Below the pieces are notes generated by a model. It did not search any database, was not told the DNA's origin, and saw nothing but the letters and a program-made list of their open reading frames with translations. The position numbers were made by a program, and so were the translations under genes. Shown here piece after piece: positions 48,543 to 52,591 of a stretch of DNA of 52,591 nt. The stretch comes from Catajapyx aquilonaris (lineage: Eukaryota), in NCBI GenBank assembly GCA_000934665.2, contig JYFJ02002704.1, positions 1 through 52,591 of the forward strand, in the 5' to 3' direction. The stretch's first letter is position 1, and each line of letters begins with the position of its first letter.

Positions 48543-48754
48543 TTGGACTCCCACAGTTTCCTCATAACGTGCAGGAATGGCGTCCTGTCCCAGGTAGAAG
48601 AGTGAGTTGACGTTATGGGAGTGGACATGGTGGGTTCGGTGCGAAGCATTTGACCAGAGACGAGTATGGTTGGTCACCTCTTGGTCTCGCAGAGAATAAC
48701 GGACATGATGAGGTCGCAAGATATTTGAGGTATTTGAGGGGTCCTCTTCTATAA
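48543..48754 (+). pseudogene. Terminal ankyrin-repeat exon of the ANK-kinase-ANK gene, disrupted
   Basis: TTTCAG acceptor ends at 48542. Reads LDSHSFLITCRNGVLSQVEE*VDVMG (N-cap, TGA at 48603), then in another frame from 48638 GAKHLTRDEYGWSPLGLAENNGHDEVARYLR...LL* (TAA 48752-48754). Confidence 0.75.
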
Positions 48755-49151
48755 CGAGGCAGGTGCCATTTTGGCTGGAAATAACTTTTTTCTGTGTTTT
48801 CCTGTGGCAAGTGTCACTTCTGCAGTTGCACTAAAAAGACTGTCCAACGAGCCTCCGTTCCGATAATATCTATACCGAAAGTTTTTAATGTCCATTAAGA
48901 AGGGTGTTAGAACGAATAAAAAAATGGAAGTGATATATTCGTGACTTATTGCGGTTGAAGTGTGACGTGAGACACAGCCATTCCTGCAAATAAATGTGAA
49001 ACCAAGAGCTAATAAATTATTATTAGCTCTTGAGGTGAAAGTACTAACCTGTCGATTACCGTTGACATTCAGCAGTTTCGCCACGATGTCTTTCGGAGAG
49101 GTCGCTTCTTCCGCGTCCAATGCAGGACATAATATATTATTGTCACACATA

Positions 49152-49964
49152 TTATACGAAATGGTGATCAATATGTGTTAAAACATGAGGCGAGCCTATA
49201 CTTTCAGTTCCATTAAAATCTGGTGTCCGATTACGCCTTGTTCTAATCAAGGAAAAACACTTCTTGCAACACACTCCCTTGAGAACAAACAGTTGTCGGA
49301 AGGTGTCCCTGAATTCCTTGCTCATCCTGCAGTAGAGAACAAAGTTGATGGCACTGTTCAGTAACACTATCACATCCAGAAGTCTGGCCATGTAGTAGGT
49401 GCAATCATCAAAGTACCATAATCCTCTGATTATGACTAGAAGAGACAGGATTCCTCCTGGAACCTCCGTGACCAGAAAGACAAAGAGGACCACCACCACC
49501 ATCCTGGTCGTCCTGTCAATGTTGCTGTCTACTTCAGAAGAACATCTGCTTTCTTGACTTATTGAGCAGCTTATGCTGTTCCTTAAGTACCTTCTCCTCC
49601 TCTTGGCCTCGACCAGTGCCCCAACGAGCCTCAGAGTCAAGATGGGCAGCACCAAGCAAGGACTCAGCTTCAAGAAGACGGCCGAGATCCAGAAATTGGC
49701 CGATACACTTGGCTTGAAAATATTAGTGGCATCGCTGAACTTCTCGCTGGTGTAGTACAATTCGTAGTATGACCCGCGTGCTAGCACTTGGTGGACGTAG
49801 TAGAAAGGAGTGTGCAGGATGACGACAGCGACGTACACGCCGACCACTGACCACTTGGCCCTCCTCTGGTTGCACCAATCTTTGCTTCTGTGGGGCCAAC
49901 ACACCACAAGGTATCGCCACACTGCCAGGGTCACGGTCAGCCAGATGGACACGGCGTGCATCAC
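49152..49964 (-). CDS. Rhodopsin-class neuropeptide GPCR (myosuppressin receptor/DMSR-like), exon 2 (TM3-TM7)
   Basis: HAVSIWLTVTLAVWRY, DRTTRMVVVVLFVFLVTEVPGGIL and LNSAINFVLYCRMSKEFRDTF are characteristic of myosuppressin-receptor-like GPCRs. Acceptor TCCCAG ends at 49965, phase 0. Confidence 0.9.
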   Translation of the reverse strand: MMHAVSIWLTVTLAVWRYLVVCWPHRSKDWCNQRRAKWSVVGVYVAVVILHTPFYYVHQVLARGSYYELYYTSEKFSDATNIFKPSVSANFWISAVFLKLSPCLVLPILTLRLVGALVEAKRRRRYLRNSISCSISQESRCSSEVDSNIDRTTRMVVVVLFVFLVTEVPGGILSLLVIIRGLWYFDDCTYYMARLLDVIVLLNSAINFVLYCRMSKEFRDTFRQLFVLKGVCCKKCFSLIRTRRNRTPDFNGTESIGSPHVLTHIDHHFV

Positions 49965-50130
49965 CTGGGAGAACGGAATGGATCAAACTAAAATCATTGC
50001 GAGCCAGGACACGGAACCCGCTCAAAAGTGTTGTGGTTTCGGAATCCTACTTATCGTAATAAACGTGTGCATTGAGTTAGGTAATGAGTCTCGATATTTT
50101 CATTTTAATGAGATTGTTGCAATGTTATAC

Positions 50131-50460
50131 CCGTTTTAATATTGTGAAGACCAGATAATACGCTGCCAACGAGAAGAACTTGGACGTCCCCTCCAGTCCA
50201 AACTCTGCCTTGTTCCCGTACATCTCCTGCATGATGGCGAAGCACATGTAGGGGATCAGCACCAGAAGGTCCGACACGGCCAGTCCCACCAGGATGGTGC
50301 TGGTGGGGGACACCATCCTCTTCTTGGACAGGACAACAATGCAGAGGATGTTGGACACGGAGCCCAATATGCACATGACAAGGGCCAGGTGAGGGTGGAC
50401 CAGACCAGTGAACTTGTTCATAAGGATTTTGAAGTCACCACTGCACAAATTGTACCCCAT
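50131..50460 (-). CDS. Myosuppressin receptor-like GPCR, exon 1 (TM1-TM2)
   Basis: HPHLALVMCILGSVSNILCIVVLSKKRMVSPTSTILVGLAVSDLLVLIPY. Donor CGG|GTATAA at 50130, phase 0. The spliced product is 380 aa. Confidence 0.87.
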
Positions 50461-51272
50461 CTTGGTGGTAAGTCCTGATGTATCACGCGCTGTGCACTGT
50501 TATAATTATACTGTATTCAAGGGACGGTCTTATTCTAGCGAACCCCAACCTGAAACAACTGATGCAACGACACGAAACAGTATAATTGCGGATATGCACA
50601 AACAAAAAGCCAGGGGAATTTTGTTGTCAAGCTATAAATATTCTCATTATCACACAAGCGACAATGAGCTACGAGAGACAATGGGACCCACTTGAATCAT
50701 TATTCTGCCTCTCAACACTCTTATAGGTGTCATTAACAACTTTCACAACAATATAGGATTTAAGTCATCCAGGTCTGAAATTAATACGGGACTAATATAT
50801 TGTGGTAAGTGATTTACCAACCTCCCTCATGGCTTCAGTTACTAAGTACGGTACTACGTGGTGAATCAGCAGAACTCACCTTGTAAAATTGATATAAAAG
50901 ACTACTTCTTTCCATCGAATGTTTGTCCAACCTGACAGTACAGTACCACCATCTCTCGCACGACCTGAGGGTGGCAAAAGTGAGAAAAGGAATGATGGGC
51001 CATCTATGCGTGAAGATTAGCACTGCATGGTAAGCATGGGAAAATAATTCATTGCTATGATTCAATTAAAATCCTGATTTGTAGGCCTCAGAATAAAACA
51101 AATAATGCATGCCATGCTGTTAGATCCTGCAAAGATCAATGTTCCAATAATAATTGGTTCATCATTGATATGCAGTATATACCACTGTCATTATTCGCGT
51201 TTGGCCAATGTTACTCGCAGGTGTAGCATACGAGGTATGCTACAAAACAATAATAACTGGTTAACGCGTTAA

Positions 51273-51700
51273 CCCTTTGATGACTACAGACATCATATGA
51301 TGTCTTGAGATTTGCCCTGAATACTTGGGACATTTTTCAACTAGTAAAATTACAACCTCACCGATTTTCTTGAAATTAGGCGCAATGGTAGCCCACCCCA
51401 ATAAGGGATGAAAAACGCACATATACTGTAATTACCTGCTCAAAATGACCCTGTGACCCATGTTGGAGGGGGGCATATGTCAATGAACCGAATTTGAAGA
51501 AAATCGGTGAGGTCGGAATTTTATTTGACCTCTTCCCCCCCTCAGGGTCACAGGGTCATTTTGATCAGGTAACTACAGGTGCGTTTTTCATCCCTTGGGA
51601 ATGCACCGAATTTCAAGAAAATCGGTGCGGTCGGATTTTGACTAGTTAACCTCTGCCCTCCTCAAAAATGGGTCGCGAGGTCATTTTGATCAGGTAACTA
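51273..51700. mobile_element. piggyBac-like element, same family as 36998-38015
   Basis: TTAA|CCCTTTGATG.CTAC.GACATCATATGATGTC start plus degenerate copies of the 119-bp unit. Confidence 0.75.
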
Positions 51701-51749
51701 GGTAATCCGGGCAGTCCGCGTATTATTATTCATTAATAACTTTATTCGT

Positions 51750-51895
51750 GTGCTGTTCCCCATGGGGTTAGGTTGCCAGACACCTCCTTGGTGCAGGTCT
51801 GACGCAGCCGAAAGGGAAATCCCGGGCGGGGATCGAAGCCGGGACCTTTCGATCAGCAAACCGAGCCCTTACCAGCTCGGCCACCGCACCTCCCC
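51750..51895 (-). mobile_element. SINE family A, 3'-truncated
   Basis: Reverse complement reads GGGGAGGTGCGGTGGCCGAGCTGGTAAG...TTCGATCCCCGCC...GACCTGCACCAAGGAGGTGTCTGGCAACCTAACC, matching the copy at 3087. Confidence 0.8.
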
Positions 51896-52144
51896 CAGCA
51901 GTACTCATATTTGCTGCAACACAAGAAGTTTATTTATCAATGGAAAGAGTGTAGTAAAGCACTTCTCTTTAGTCAACAACGTACTACTGTAATTAAATTA
52001 TTCATTTATCTGAACCCATCGGTATGGCGGCTAGATGGCAAAAAAATTTCGCCGGAGGTATGGATGTCCATCTTTGGAGTTGTCTTATATTGAGCTTTGA
52101 TATGCTGTGCTTTATTATTGCTCTACAGATTTAGCTCTTCACTG

Positions 52145-52591
52145 TTATACACATTCCGCTAACTGAGAGCCATATGTATGTGACACGTCTTCAAAGCCAT
52201 CTCTCCCGTGAACCTTTGTTCTAATCCAGGAAAAACACTTCTTGCAACACATTCCCTTGGGAACAAACATTTTCCTGAAGCGCTGAAGGTGTCCCTGAAT
52301 TCCAGCATGCTCATCGTGCAGTATAGGATGAAATTGATATTGCACTGTTCAGTAACACTATCACATCCAGATGTAGTAGTAGCAGCAGTCGTTAAAGTGC
52401 CCGAATCCCCTGATGGCTACCAGAAGAGCCAGAATTCCCATCGGAACCTCCATGAGCAGAAAGACAAAGAGAACCACGACCACCATCCTGCTGGTTGTCC
52501 TCTCCATCTTGCGGTCCACTTCAGAACAACTAGTTTCTTCGGATATTGAGCTGCTTCCTTGGTTCAGAATGTACCTTCGCCTCCAGGCCTC
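52145..52591 (-). pseudogene. Frameshifted tandem paralog of the myosuppressin receptor-like GPCR (3' part, truncated by window end)
   Basis: Nucleotide similarity to 49250-49610 (e.g. gcactgttcagtaacactatcacatccaga, ggaaaaacacttcttgcaacac). TM6/TM7-like translation is broken by indels near 52371, 52340 and 52280. Confidence 0.8.

Noticed and set aside
46290..48754. RNase L or IRE1 ortholog
   Set aside because: The kinase has eIF2alpha-kinase motifs and intact catalytic residues, and is followed by ankyrin sequence rather than a KEN ribonuclease domain.

Overview
Eukaryotic genomic DNA, most likely arthropod (spliceosomal introns, TTAGG-type tracts, tRNA-derived SINEs, many MITEs), with three single-N assembly joins at 15041, 33475 and 39280. 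Genes: (1) a minus-strand SENP1/2-like SUMO protease; its C48 domain at 17190-18550 is intact, while its 5' exons to about 26.5 kb are tentative; (2) a plus-strand ankyrin-repeat exon at 39775-40350; (3) a plus-strand gene at 46290-48754 that reconstructs by hand as about 10 ankyrin repeats, a PERK-like eIF2alpha-kinase domain and a further ankyrin exon missing from the ORF track; this copy carries stops, frameshifts and a GT>AT donor change; (4) an intact two-exon myosuppressin-receptor-like GPCR (49152-50460, minus) and a frameshifted tandem paralog running off the right edge. The rest is a dense, nested mix of non-autonomous DNA transposons, three SINE families, a decayed ISL2EU/Harbinger-type transposase with an inverted duplicate, and tandem repeats. 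The best candidate for a new system is the soluble ankyrin-PERK-like kinase-ankyrin architecture, possibly a lineage-specific cytosolic stress or immune sensor. All family assignments are by-eye motif recognition; no database searches were run.
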